64,000 bases of DNA from Planctomycetota bacterium (GTDB lineage Bacteria > Planctomycetota > MHYJ01 > WSZJ01 > JACPWG01), in the NCBI GenBank assembly GCA_016197205.1, contig JACPWG010000100.1, positions 8,250 to 72,249 on the forward strand, written 5' to 3'. Positions 49,116 to 60,231 of the stretch are shown piece by piece; position 1 is the first letter of the stretch; every line of letters starts with the position of its first letter. The notes below the pieces were generated by a model that did not search any database, was not told where the DNA came from, and was given only the letters and a program-made list of their open reading frames with translations. A program made the position numbers and the translations under genes.

Positions 49116-51008
49116 TTGTTCCGAACGATCCTTGATCGCCTGCGGGGTCGGTGGCACGGCTCGGACGTCGCGGTCCTTCTCGGACTTGTCGCGTTCGTTG
49201 CGAGCGCGCTCCTGGTCGCGTGCCGCTGGTTCGCCGACTACACGCCGGCCGTCGAGATCCGGCTCTCCCCGCTTGCCCTCCCCGGCTACGCGCTTCTCTC
49301 CCTCAGCCGGGCCCTGGTCTCCTACGTCATCTGCATCGGCTTCGCGCTCCTCACGGCCTACGCGTCGGCCCACAGCGCGCGTGTGGAGCGGATCCTGATC
49401 CCGCTCCTCGACGTGGGGCAGTCCCTGCCGATCCTCGCCTTCATGCCTGGCTTCGTGCTCGCGCTCATCGCCCTCTTCCCCCATTCAAACGTCGGGCTCG
49501 AGCTGACGAGCGTCCTCATGCTCTTCACCTGCCAGGCGTGGAACCTCTGCTTCGGCTTCTACTATTCGCTCCGGGCCGTTCCGCACGAGCTGCGCGAAGT
49601 CGCGGACGTGTATCGCGCGGGTAGGTGGCGCACGTTCAGGTGCCTCGAGCTGCCGTCCGGCGTGCTGCCACTGGTGTGGAACAGCGTCCTCTCGGTCGCC
49701 GGCGGCTGGTTCTTCCTCGAGGTCTGCGAGAACTTCAAACTGGGCTCGCGACATTTCCGGCTGCCGGGCCTCGGGGCCTATCTCGGCGAGGCGGAGCGGA
49801 GGAAGGACGTGGCCGCGGTCCTGCTCGCGATCGGCGCGATGGGGCTGATCGTGCTCGCGCTCGACCTGCTCCTCTGGCGCCCGCTCATCGTGTGGGCCCA
49901 GCGCTTCAAGCTGGAGGAGTCGGGGGCGGAGGACCTGCCGCGGTCGAAGGTCCTGGATTGGTTCCGCGAATCGAAGGTGATGTTGCCGGCGGTCGTGGCG
50001 GCCGTCCGCGGGCTCGTGGGGGCCGTGGACGCGGCATTCGTGCGCGCCTCGCACGCGGCGGCCGCGGCGACCGCAGCGGCCCGGCTGGACGAGCACGCGG
50101 CGGCGCTCACCAAGCTGCTCGACCGCTTCGGCGCGGCCGCGACGTCGGTGGCCGGCGCGCTCGTAACGCACCGTGCGATCGCGCCCGCGGCCCGACGGCT
50201 CTCGCTCGCGGTGACGCGCCTGGCCGCGCCCGGAGGCGGGCAGCGCCTGCTCCTGGCCGCGCGCGGGACCCTTCGCCGCACGGTCTTCGGCGGCGCCGCC
50301 GCCGTCGGACTCGCGGCCGGCGCCTGGCTGCTCGCTCTGCTCTGCCGGCTGGAGCTGGCGGACTGGGGGCGGGTCATCCTTTATTCGCTGTACACCCTCG
50401 GGCGGGTGCTGGCGGCCGTCGGGGTCGCAACGCTTTGGACGGTCCCGGTCGGCGTCGCGATCGGTTCGAGCCCGCGACTCGCGCGCGTGCTGCAGCCGAT
50501 GGTGCAGTTCCTCACCTCGTTCCCCGCCTCCATGCTCTTCCCCTTGGCGAGCGCCCTCTTCCTGGAGGCCGGTGGGAGCCTGAACATCCTGTCGGTCCTC
50601 CTCATGATCCTCGGCGGCCAGTGGTACATCCTCTTCAACATCGTCTCAGGCGCCATGGCGATCCCCGCGGACCTGCGGGTCGCGGCCGACGTCTACCGCC
50701 TGCAAGGGTGGCGGCGATGGAAAGCGCTCATCCTCCCCGCGATCTTCCCGAGCCTCGTCACCGGCTGGGTCACGGCCGCGGGCGGTTCCTGGAACGCGTC
50801 GATCATCACGGAGTACTTCGAGTACGGAAACGAAGTGCACAAGACGAAGGGACTCGGCGCGCTCATCACGCAATCGGCGACCGAGGCGAACTACCCCCTC
50901 CTCGCCGCCAGTTCCCTCACCATGGCGCTGGTCGTGGTCGCCATGAACCGCGTCTTCTGGCTGCGCGTCACGCAGTACGCCGAGAGGCGGTACTCGCTTA
51001 CCGCCTGA
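49116..51008 (+). CDS. ABC transporter permease with duplicated transmembrane domains (NitT/TauT-like), start uncertain (TTG at 49116 proposed)
   Basis: Two BPD-transporter-like halves (..PILAFMPGFVLALIA.. and ..FLTSFPASMLFPLASALFL..). No ATPase or binding-protein gene is adjacent. Confidence 0.7.
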   Translation: MFRTILDRLRGRWHGSDVAVLLGLVAFVASALLVACRWFADYTPAVEIRLSPLALPGYALLSLSRALVSYVICIGFALLTAYASAHSARVERILIPLLDVGQSLPILAFMPGFVLALIALFPHSNVGLELTSVLMLFTCQAWNLCFGFYYSLRAVPHELREVADVYRAGRWRTFRCLELPSGVLPLVWNSVLSVAGGWFFLEVCENFKLGSRHFRLPGLGAYLGEAERRKDVAAVLLAIGAMGLIVLALDLLLWRPLIVWAQRFKLEESGAEDLPRSKVLDWFRESKVMLPAVVAAVRGLVGAVDAAFVRASHAAAAATAAARLDEHAAALTKLLDRFGAAATSVAGALVTHRAIAPAARRLSLAVTRLAAPGGGQRLLLAARGTLRRTVFGGAAAVGLAAGAWLLALLCRLELADWGRVILYSLYTLGRVLAAVGVATLWTVPVGVAIGSSPRLARVLQPMVQFLTSFPASMLFPLASALFLEAGGSLNILSVLLMILGGQWYILFNIVSGAMAIPADLRVAADVYRLQGWRRWKALILPAIFPSLVTGWVTAAGGSWNASIITEYFEYGNEVHKTKGLGALITQSATEANYPLLAASSLTMALVVVAMNRVFWLRVTQYAERRYSLTA

Positions 51009-51024
51009 CGCGCTCGAAAACAAA

Positions 51025-51226
51025 ACAACAACCCGAACTGAGGCTCAACTTGACCGACGGCGGCAAATGGCTAGATCATGGCACCGCGTCCCAGCTAGAC
51101 GCGGGCGAAATTTGAGATTTGAAATTTGACTTTTTGCAATTTGAAATTCGACCCGGCCGCGTGGGGCGAATGCGAGACTTTTACACAGAGACGCGGAGAC
51201 GCAGAGGCCGGGCGCTGAGTCCACCG
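51025..51226 (+). repeat. Rpt200 copy 2, forming the 3' end and C-terminal tail of the ADH gene
   Basis: About 96% identical to copy 1. Confidence 0.85.
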
Positions 51227-52294
51227 CGCCAGCTCCGCATCCACCACGAGCACCGCCGCCCCCTGGTGCTTTCCCCTGCGCAAGGAGTCGAGCGCCTCAT
51301 TGGCCGCCTCCAACGCGAAGGGAGTCACTTGCGTGCGCACCGGGATCCGCGGCGCGAGCGCAAGGAAGTCCTCCGCGTCCCGCCGCGTGAGGTTGGCGAC
51401 GGAGCGGAGGACGCGTTCCCCCCAGAGCAGTTCATAAGGGAAGGCGGGGATCTCGCTCATGTGGATCCCGCCGCAGACCACGACCCCGCCCTTGGCGACC
51501 GAGCGGAGGGCGGCGGGTACCAGTGCGCCGACCGGAGCGAGGACGATGGCGGCGTCCAGCTCCTCGGGCGGCCGGACGTCGGAGGCGCCCGCCCATTCGG
51601 CGCCGAGCGAACGGGCGAAGGCCTGCCCCGCGTCGTCGCCCGCGCGCGTGAAGGCGAAGACCCGGCGGCCTTGATGGCGCGCGACCTGAAGGAGGATGTG
51701 GGCCGCGGCGCCGAAGCCGTAGAGGCCGAGGCGACGGGCGTCTCCGGCCATGACGAGCGACCGGTAGCCGATGAGGCCGGCGCAGAGAAGCGGGGCGGCT
51801 TCGAGATCGCCGTAGCCGTCCGGGATCGAAAAACAAAACCGCGCGTCGGCCGCACAGAATTCGGCGAAGCCGCCGTCGAGCTGGTAGCCCGTGAAGCGCG
51901 GTTCGTCGCAGAGATTTTCTCGGCCGCCGGCGCAGAAGCGGCAGGTGCCGCAGGTGGACCCGAGCCACGGCACGCCGACGCGGTCGCCCACCTTCCAGCG
52001 CTTCCTCGTTGGCCCAGACCCCGCCCCAGCCATTGCCAAGCTGCTGCCCGTGGTCGCGGTAGCGCCTGCGCTCCCCCCGTCACCGCCGACCTCGACCACG
52101 CTCCCGACGATCTGGTGGCCGGGGATCACCGGGGACTTCGCCGGCGGCAACTCGCCATCGACCACGTGCAGGTCGGTCCGGCACACCGCGCACGCATGGA
52201 CGCGGAGCAGGAGCTGCCCGGGCGCGGGCCGCGGCGTGGGGACGTCGGCGGCCCGGAGCGGCGTGCGCGGGGCGTCGAGGAGCATGGCGCGCAT
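51095..52294 (-). CDS. zinc-dependent alcohol dehydrogenase (MDR family) with a Gly/Ala-rich insertion and a repeat-derived C-terminal tail
   Basis: LRVHACAVCRTDLHVVDGE...PGHQIVG (GHE-like)...GxGxxG region GLYGFGAAAHIL. The last 45 aa or so are encoded by Rpt200. Confidence 0.8.
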   Translation of the reverse strand: MRAMLLDAPRTPLRAADVPTPRPAPGQLLLRVHACAVCRTDLHVVDGELPPAKSPVIPGHQIVGSVVEVGGDGGSAGATATTGSSLAMAGAGSGPTRKRWKVGDRVGVPWLGSTCGTCRFCAGGRENLCDEPRFTGYQLDGGFAEFCAADARFCFSIPDGYGDLEAAPLLCAGLIGYRSLVMAGDARRLGLYGFGAAAHILLQVARHQGRRVFAFTRAGDDAGQAFARSLGAEWAGASDVRPPEELDAAIVLAPVGALVPAALRSVAKGGVVVCGGIHMSEIPAFPYELLWGERVLRSVANLTRRDAEDFLALAPRIPVRTQVTPFALEAANEALDSLRRGKHQGAAVLVVDAELARWTQRPASASPRLCVKVSHSPHAAGSNFKLQKVKFQISNFARV

Positions 52295-52327
52295 CGCAGC
52301 CTCCACCTGCCCGGGCCTGAAGGGTTA

Positions 52328-52376
52328 GGGCCCGTAAGAAAATAACTTGCTCGTTTAACGGGCAGGGGAGCAACAG
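52328..52376 (+). repeat. 46-bp motif copy 3 (CCCGTAAGAAAATAACTTGCTCGTTTAACGGGCAGGGGAGCAACAG), preceded by TTAGGG
   Basis: See 40505 and 42187. Confidence 0.7.
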
Positions 52377-52377
52377 G

Positions 52378-52582
52378 AATTCTCAATGCTCAATTTTCAA
52401 GACTCAGACAAGGTTCAAGGTTCAATTCTCAATGACCACCATGGAACGCAGCCCGGGCACGGACTCGCGGACTCTGAGCCTTGAAATTTGAGCCTGGTCT
52501 GGAAATTGATCATTAAGCCTTGAACCTTATCATGAAAAGCTCCCTGGTTTCCGAATTGAATGGGTTGTTTCTTGACACGCCC
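52378..52582 (-). repeat. E-family repeat copy E3
   Basis: Same block order as the plus strand of 42499-42709. Confidence 0.8.
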
Positions 52583-52634
52583 TTGCCGTCCTCGGCCGCG
52601 AAGGCGAGTCGCAAGCTTGTCCCGCGGCCGCCCC

Positions 52635-54096
52635 TCACTTCTCCCCGGGGGTCTCCCCGGGAGCGGAGCCGGCCGGCGGCTGCCCGTCGCCTGCGCCGGC
52701 CGGAGGCGCCTCTTTGGGCTTGTTCCGTTCGTCGAGCTCCCGAAGCCGCCGTTCGTAGAAATCCACCATGCGCTCCACCGACTCGGCGGAGGGCTTCCCG
52801 TGTGGCGTGACGAGGACGAGGGACTTCCCACGCGGCCACATGCCGCCCGCGGAACGACCCTTCCCCTGGAAGCGAGCGGCAAGCTTGCCGCGTTCGAGGG
52901 CGCAGAGCTGTTTGGACAGGAATTCGAACACATACACATCGATCCAGTCCGCTCCGTCCGGCGGGACCGCGCTCCCGCACAGCCGCAGGTACCAAACCGA
53001 GTTGACATTCTGAGGACCGATCCCCTGGAAGAATTCGGCTTGCCGGGTGACGGTCCAGACTTTGGTGCGGGGCACGTCCGCGGGATTGCCCGGGCTGCCG
53101 GGGGCGACAGGCGCGGGCAGCGTGGCAACGACCAGTCCCTCGGGAAGCTCCTCGGGATCCAACGTGAGAGAATCGCCGGTTGCGGAGACGGACTTTTTCG
53201 CGGCGGCCAGTGCATCCGCGATGACCTTGAGGGGGGGCGAGAGCATGCCCTTCAGCACGTCGGCGTCGTACCCCTCGCCCGGCAGGGAGAGGTCCGCGGG
53301 AACGGGCGAGTTCCGGGCCTTGAAGGTCCTCTCGCCGTAATACCGCCGAAGGTCCTCCACCCGAAACAGGACCTCCCGGACGCTGGTCTGCATCAACTCG
53401 GGCCAATACGTCACGAGGTATTTCCTCTGGTATTCGTCGTGACCGGCGGAGAGCGCCGCGATCTGCGAACGGTATTCGGCGAGCTTTCGCGCCCACGCCT
53501 GGGGGGAGTACCTTGGACGCGAGGGATCCCCGCCATCGGCCGCCCACTCTTCGGCCTGCGCGCTCATCTCCTTCGCGAGCCGCTCGATCGTCGCGAGCAG
53601 CCGGCGGACGTAGGCGAGAAACTCCTGCCAGTCCCGACGCTCCTCTTCGTGGGTGCCGCAGCGGACACGAGTGCGGGCGACGAGGGGCACGGGCACCAAG
53701 TCCTGGAGCGGAGCGGGCTGGTCGCCGGCATCGATCGTCGCGGTCACTTCGTAGACGCCGGCGAGGAAGCGGCGCCCCTCGATCGGGGGGAGCCGCCCCT
53801 CGAATTTCCCCTGCGCATCGAGCGAGAGGGGAAACACGGCCTGGGAGACGAGGCCGCCCGAGAAGGAGGTCGTGATGAGGACGGAGGCGCTCTCGGGGAG
53901 GGGGGCTCCGCCGGAAACGACGAGGGAAATTCCGCCTTCTTCCGCAAGGAACTCCGCGCTCACGCTGAGTTCGGTGAAGGGCTTGGGTGCGGTGGAGGGT
54001 GGATCTTGCCCGCACACCAGACGCATCGGAAGGGAGAGGCCCAGCAACAGGAGGAGAGGTATCGGTACGGCCCGTGTGTGGAGAAGCCGGCGGAAG
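52635..54096 (-). CDS. hypothetical secreted protein (start unresolved; no ATG/GTG/TTG before the signal peptide)
   Basis: High GC3 frame with signal-peptide-like RRFRRLLHTRAVPIPLLLLLGLSLPMRLVCG. The C-terminal end is basic and Pro-rich. Confidence 0.45.
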
Positions 54097-54321
54097 CGCC
54101 TTACAAGGCAGGAGCGAGCAGAGGCTGGGCCGCTCCCCGCGTCCGGGGGAGAGAGTACCGGCTCGGACCGGCTACACGACGGGGGCAGCCGTCCCGAACT
54201 GACGACTCGAGGGCAGAGGCCGGGGAAAGGAGGGGTCCCGCGGGCTCCGCCGAGGCCGCCCTCGCGCAGGGGTCCTCTCTCCCGACCTGGGCGCACATCG
54301 GCGTGGTTGGACGAGGCCACT

Positions 54322-57300
54322 CTACTCGCTGGTCGGGGACTCCAGCACAAGGAGGGCGGGGACGGGGTTGGCTTGGGGTGAGGCATTGGCGGTGACCCCC
54401 GGGGTGACGTTGTTGGGCACGTACGCATAGACCAGTGTCACGTCATCGAGGTAGGCCGAGATGTTACGGGGATTCGATCCGCCGGTCTGCCAGTAGGCCC
54501 TGTAAAAAAAATTCGCGCCGGCGGCGGCCGTGTTGACCAGGAGCTGGGTGCCCGTGACGGAGGGCGTGAGCGAGATTTCACCATGCACGAAGTTGGTTCT
54601 CGACAAATTCGGCGCCGTGGTCAGGGACGCTGGGGATGGCGACAAGGCCGGCACTTGGCCGGCGACTCCGGTCGTCGACGCAGGGAAAAAGCTTGTCTGG
54701 AGGGCGCCGAGCGGGACGTACGAGTACCGCACGTCGATGAAGGGCCGAGGCACGGCGACGGCGCTGCCGTCGGAGTTGAACCGTGGCCGGTGGGCCGTGA
54801 ACAAGAGATGGAGGGGACGCGCGAGCGTGGCGGCCGTGGGACGGGTGGGGGTGGGTTGGTTCTGCTGCCCGACGGGCGCCGCGAGCTGAAACTGGCCCTG
54901 GTAATACCCGGTGGCCCCGCCCGGGGGCGTGACCGCGGTGGAAATGTTGACCGCGGCGTAGTTGTTGTAGCGGTGGACCGCGGGGGCGGCAAGGAGGTTG
55001 GCGATGCCAGGTGTGAAATAGGGCGGATTGGTATAGGCCCTGACGGAATCCACGGTCCCCTCGGCCTGCCGGTTCTGAAGGACGTTGCCCGTGGTGAGAG
55101 TCACGGAACTGCCGGCCTGGAGGTTGGGCCGAATCTGGTTGACGTTGAAGTTTCCGGCCGCCGGGAAGGACGTTCCAACAAATCTCCTGCCATCGATGTA
55201 GATGGACAGGGTTGTGAAGGCAGACCACGCGAGGAGGAAATGGTGCCACTCCCCCGGTTGCAGGCCTTGTCCGAGGGGGAAGATCGCGAGGCTTGTCGGC
55301 TGAATGAAGTTTTGGACGTCACGCCATTGAAAGAAGGAGGGCTGGGGATTATTGAAGAACAGGTTAGGGGGATTGGGGGCGTTCACTCCCCCGAAGGCAC
55401 CGGTGTAGTGTGCGCCATCGAGGAAGAGGGACCCTGCGGGCACGGCACCGCCGGAGGGCGCGGCATTTCTCCGAAGCGTGAGCACGAATCCGCGCGTGGT
55501 GGCAGGTGCCGCGGGAGGGATCGGAAAGCGATAGGGGATGACGAACTGGGCGATCCCCATGGGAAGGGCCGTGCTGGGATACACCACCAGATTCGGCCGA
55601 TACCAGAATTCGATCGCCCCCTGGTTTGGGCTTGTGTTCCTTGGCGGGTTGGTGGTGGCGGCCACGTTGGGATTGTGGGCGCTGAACTGGTTGACCTTGA
55701 AGCGCATCGACGTGTGGAGGAGCCCCTCCGGCAGCAGATCACTCGCCGCGGCATTGGTCGCGCCGAAGACCGTGACGCCTTCCCTTACATCCGTCATCGC
55801 AGGTGGAGCGGGGAGAGGGTAGGTCCCGTCGCCGGTCCCAGTGACGCTCGGCGTGCGCTGAGCAAGGTAGTCGGCCGCAAGCTGCGCCGTGCCGAGGCCG
55901 GCGACCGGGCGGGTCGGGTTCTCCTGGAGCACAAGCTGCCCGTCGAGGTCCGTGCGCAGGTTCGTGTCGGCGAGCGATTCGGGGAGGGTCAGGGTCTGCG
56001 TCGGCGGAGGGAGGCCCCCCGTCCGGTTGTTTTCGAAGTCGAACTGGGTCGTGTGGCGGAGGATTTCGTAGAGCTTCGCGACCGCGCGCAGCCGCGCGTC
56101 GGCCCGCAGCCGTGGGATGTCCGCTCCGGCCGGACCGCGAGTCTGATCCACGACGCGGCCATAGGATTGAATTTCGTAGTAGCCCATCGAGGAGAAGCAG
56201 AACTCGGTCGTGAAAGAGACGAGGTCGCTCTTATCGATCGTGAGGTAGACTACCCGGGCGGGGTTGAACTTGTTCAGCAGCGAGTTGGGATTCGCATTCG
56301 CCTTGATGCAGCTCCGCTGGCTTGCCGTCAGCCCGCTTGCAATGACGACGTTGTCGGCCCAATCGAAGAAGTCCTCCCAGTTCCGGAAGGGGAGATTCCT
56401 ACGGCGCACGAGGACCTGCAGGGCCAGTTCTCGAGCCTGGGTCTGCGTGAGAGGCGTACTGTCCACGCGCAAGAAGTTGCCGGCCAGATTGACCTGAAGC
56501 TCGCGACCGCTCAACCCCTGGAAGACCATCATGAGCACGGGCACGCTCGCCGTGTTGACGTTGATCGGCGCGCGGCCCTGGCCGAGCGGGCTGTTCACGG
56601 CGCGGAGGAACGCCAGGTTCTCGGCGATCGGCGGAGCGGATGCGGCCAGGGCCGCCTGGGGCTGCGGGAGGAGGACGGTCCGGTCGACCCATGCCTCCTC
56701 GGTCACGAAATGGCGGAGGACGCGGAAGCGGTCGTTGGCCCGCTGGTAGGAGGCCACGCTCGCTCCGAAGGTCGCGGTTTCCGCGGCCAGCATTGCCTCG
56801 AAGAGTTCCCCCTTGTTCATGAAGAGCTGGTTCGGACGGGCACCCCGGTTCGCAATGATGCTGTTCGCATAAGCGGAGCTCGGGACGGGGTTGATGACCT
56901 TTAGACCGCCCGCCTGAGTGTAGCTGACAATGGCGGCCGCTAGGTTCACGAGCATCGTGTTCAGGCTCGCGTGGCGCATGTTGATGTAGAGCTGGCTCGC
57001 GCAGTCCATGACGCGCAGGGTGTAGGTGTCGCCGCGACGATTGACCTGGGGGAGGCCGGCCAGATTCTCCGTGTAGAGGTAGGTGCCGCCGAGCGCACCG
57101 GAATAGGCCCAGTCGTAGGGTCGGCCTGTGAGCGGATCATTGCCGCCCCAGGTCGTGAAGCCGGCGTAGAAGGAGGGCGTAGCGGTGATCCCGCGCACGC
57201 CCGCCGCGCGCACGCTCGGCGGTGGCACCTCGTTCAGCTCCATCAGCCGCAGGCCGGTCGTGGGAGGAACCGCCGTGTTGTCCGCCGCGACATTTGGGTC

Positions 57301-57715
57301 GTTGAGGGTCAGCGTAGGCTCGTAGGCCGGCCAGGACTGCGACATGCTCCACTGGAACGGCGGCACCTGGGGCAGGGGATTCGGGGGGACGGGACTCGCG
57401 GTCGCTCCAGGAGGGGCCCAGGGAAAAGGCACGACGCCCGGCGGAGCGCTGAAATCATTGTAATTGAGGGCGTCGAAGGCGTACTTCGTCACCGCCACGG
57501 AGAGCTCGGTGAGGGCATGCTGGAGGCCGGCCTGGGCCAACATCCGCGCCCGCGCCTGGTCATTGTAGTTGACGATGCTGCTCCTCTCCGCCTGCGAGGT
57601 TGACAGGAACGCGATGCCCAGGATGGCCATGAGGGCGAGCATGCCCATCGCGAAGATGAGCACGAAGCCGCGACGAGAGGCCATGAATTTCACGTGCGGT
57701 CGGCGGATGCGGAGC
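54322..57715 (-). CDS. giant (1131 aa) pilin-headed protein, GspK/PilX-like N-terminus
   Basis: GAGGTG RBS then MLRIRRPHVKFMASRRGFVLIFAMGMLALMAILGIAFLS (pseudopilin-like hydrophobic N-helix). About 1100 aa of Pro/Asn/Thr-rich sequence with no recognisable domains. Confidence 0.6.
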
Positions 57716-57859
57716 ATGGCGGTCACCTCGATGCGGTAGGGCCCGCGCGCGCAGTGGCCGGCCCGCAGGCCGGTCTCCCCCGCGCAAAGGCCGCAAGCAC
57801 AAAGCTCGCCCCTCGTCCCCACGCCACCCGGGAGCATGCACGCACAAGTCAACGGGACG

Positions 57860-58969
57860 TCAGTAAGGGCTTTGCGGAAGAAAAAAGACCCGGGAGAGGA
57901 TGCGCTCTTGACGCTCCGGCGCTCCGTCCGTCATCCGGAAAGTAAACCGGAGCGCATAGGGGAGCGTCTCATTCTGCGGATCATCAATGGGGCTGGAGTA
58001 GCCTGGAGGGAGGAAGTTCGCCACTCGAAAGACCGGCTCATTGCCGCCAACGCCGCCCGTCGGCCGTGCCCAGAGGGCCTCGATGTTCATGGAGAGGATG
58101 TACTGGCCGATGTCTCCGCTGTCGAGCACGAGGAGGTTGGGATCCTGGGGCCCGGTCGTCAGGAGGCCGTCATTCGCCGTGACCGTCACGTTCGGCGGGG
58201 GATTGCCCGGGCCCGGCACCAGCGGAGGCGGCACGAACGGGGCGAAGCCGTTCGCGTAGCCCGCCAGCGTGGGTTGAAAATTGGGGTTGACCTGCGGGAT
58301 CCGATAGACGAGGCGGCGAAGAACGAACAGCCACCGGAGGCGGGGGTTGCCGGTATTGTTGTCGAAACCCACCGTGCGCGAAGTCGCGAAGTTTGTCGCC
58401 ACCTCGTTCACGGCTGGATCGGAATCGGGCACGAGCCGGTACAGGATGTGGACCTTCTGGATCCACCGGTTGTCCATGCGATCCGGGGCGCCGACCCCCA
58501 GCGGGTCATGAATGGGAATGTTGGCGCGGAACTGCAGACGGTCTCCCGCCGGGCTGCGCCAGGACAACCCTTCCGTGTTCGGCAGCGGCTGTGTCGTATC
58601 GCCGTCAAAATTCTCCAGAATGAACCTCTGCCCTTGGGTGAGCGGGGCGACACCGGCCAGATCGCGCTCGATGATCTCGATCAGGGTCCGTGCGTTTGCG
58701 TAGATCGAGAGCCGTGCGCTCGCCGTCTCGGCGATCTGGGAGGAGCCCGTGAGAATCAACGCCACGGTCCCGACCATGAGGGTCGACAAGCCGATGGAGA
58801 CCATGAGTTCGATGAGGGTGAACGCACCAACGCGGCGAGGCGAGTGGGGACTTGGGCCGCGCAGCCAGGTGCGGGCAGGGCTCGGCACCGGGAGAGGGCG
58901 CGCAGGCAACGCCGCCGAATCGGGAGGCAAACCGTTTTCCCGCGCGTCGGCCGCGGGACGGCTCGGGAT
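57860..58969 (-). CDS. prepilin-type N-terminal cleavage/methylation domain protein (pseudopilin B)
   Basis: AGGAG RBS 7 nt upstream of the ATG. GAFTLIELMVSIGLSTLMVGTVALIL class-III signal motif with an unusually long leader of about 55 aa. Confidence 0.7.
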   Translation of the reverse strand: MPSRPAADARENGLPPDSAALPARPLPVPSPARTWLRGPSPHSPRRVGAFTLIELMVSIGLSTLMVGTVALILTGSSQIAETASARLSIYANARTLIEIIERDLAGVAPLTQGQRFILENFDGDTTQPLPNTEGLSWRSPAGDRLQFRANIPIHDPLGVGAPDRMDNRWIQKVHILYRLVPDSDPAVNEVATNFATSRTVGFDNNTGNPRLRWLFVLRRLVYRIPQVNPNFQPTLAGYANGFAPFVPPPLVPGPGNPPPNVTVTANDGLLTTGPQDPNLLVLDSGDIGQYILSMNIEALWARPTGGVGGNEPVFRVANFLPPGYSSPIDDPQNETLPYALRFTFRMTDGAPERQERILSRVFFLPQSPY

Positions 58970-58983
58970 CATGAGCGACTCCT

Positions 58984-59892
58984 CTACTGTCCTACCGTCG
59001 CCTGGAAGGTGTATACGTGCACCGGAGGCTGGTTGGGATCGTTCCACTGCCCGGCCGTGAGGAGATCATAGTTCCGGAAGATGCGCACCCGGAATTCCCA
59101 GCGATTCACGAGCACCGGGGGATTGACATTGGGACGGTTTAGGTTCGGATTGGGGTTCGGCACCCGCTCAACGATGAAGTCGTAGAAGTACTGCATCGAG
59201 TCGACCGTCACGTCAGTGGCCAAGAGGACGTTCGGTACATCGGGTGGCGTGGGCGCCACCGAGCCGTTGACGTCCCGCACCAGGCGGACGAGGGGGTTCG
59301 GGGACAGGCCCACCTGAGGCGTCCCGCCGATGCGGAAGATCTCGTTGCCGAGGGGATTGACTCCCGCGACGGTCGCGGGCACCCATGCGCCGACCGGCGT
59401 GACGCCGAAAGTGAAGGTGTTGAAGTTCGACGTCGAGGCCGGCGAGGGCGTGGGGGCGGCTTCGATGGTGTTGGGGAGCTGGGGGTACAACCGGCCGCCG
59501 GGGTGGTGCCGCTTGTCCCCCGACTCATACGGCAGCGGAAAGGGATACTGGGGCATGGTGGTGTTGGGCAAGGCGACCATGGAGCTCGTACCCGTGCCGA
59601 CGCCGTCATGAATGAAATTCACCCAGAGGATGGGGCCCTGGTTGTTGGCGACCGGATTCGCCTGCGCCCGTGGAGCGGACATCGCAACCTGAAGGGCTGC
59701 GGCCACGGACTGGGCGAGCATGGAGGCGTTGAATTCTTCCGAGGTCTCCTTTGTCTGGCGGATGCCGAGGACGAGGAGCGACATCACGCCCGTGATGCCG
59801 ATGAGGAGGATGACCAGTGCGACGAGGATTTCGATCAGCGTGAAAGCCGAGCGAGGCGTCGAATCGCCTCGCCGGCTGAGAGGCGAGTCCAT
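58984..59892 (-). CDS. prepilin-type N-terminal cleavage/methylation domain protein (pseudopilin A)
   Basis: MDSPLSRRGDSTPRSAFTLIEILVALVILLIGITGVMSLL. 16-aa leader. Confidence 0.75.
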   Translation of the reverse strand: MDSPLSRRGDSTPRSAFTLIEILVALVILLIGITGVMSLLVLGIRQTKETSEEFNASMLAQSVAAALQVAMSAPRAQANPVANNQGPILWVNFIHDGVGTGTSSMVALPNTTMPQYPFPLPYESGDKRHHPGGRLYPQLPNTIEAAPTPSPASTSNFNTFTFGVTPVGAWVPATVAGVNPLGNEIFRIGGTPQVGLSPNPLVRLVRDVNGSVAPTPPDVPNVLLATDVTVDSMQYFYDFIVERVPNPNPNLNRPNVNPPVLVNRWEFRVRIFRNYDLLTAGQWNDPNQPPVHVYTFQATVGQ

Positions 59893-60110
59893 GCGCGCGG
59901 ATCTCCGGCGTGGAACCGGGGCCAGGGAAGGAATGAAGATGAGCCTGAAAGCGAGTATAGCGAGCGCGGGGAGAGCGAGGCAAGGGAAAAACGCTGGAAC
60001 GAGCGTATGCGCCGAAAGCAGATCGGGCATCCGCGGTGACCGGCAGAGGACTGACGAGCAGGGCCCGAGGGTCCCCAACCGCCGCTCCCGCCCGCCCGCC
60101 AAAATCCCCC

Positions 60111-60231
60111 CTGCTCCGTACCCGCCCTGCGGTAGCATTGCCGACGTGCGCACGCCACGAGTCGCGGCTCGCCTGCTCACCTTCGCCGCCCTCGCGCTCG
60201 CAGCGCTTCTGATCCTGCGCCCCAGCGCCGG
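60111..60231 (+). repeat. 121-bp direct repeat, left copy (duplicate of the 5' UTR plus signal-peptide region of the GH99-like gene; contains a GTG-initiated 41-codon remnant ORF at 60146-60271)
   Basis: Aligns at about 75-80% identity to 61248-61368 (CCGTACCCGCC.TGCGGTA.CAT.GCCGAC.TGCGCA...CTCGCAGCGCT.CTGAT). Confidence 0.75.
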
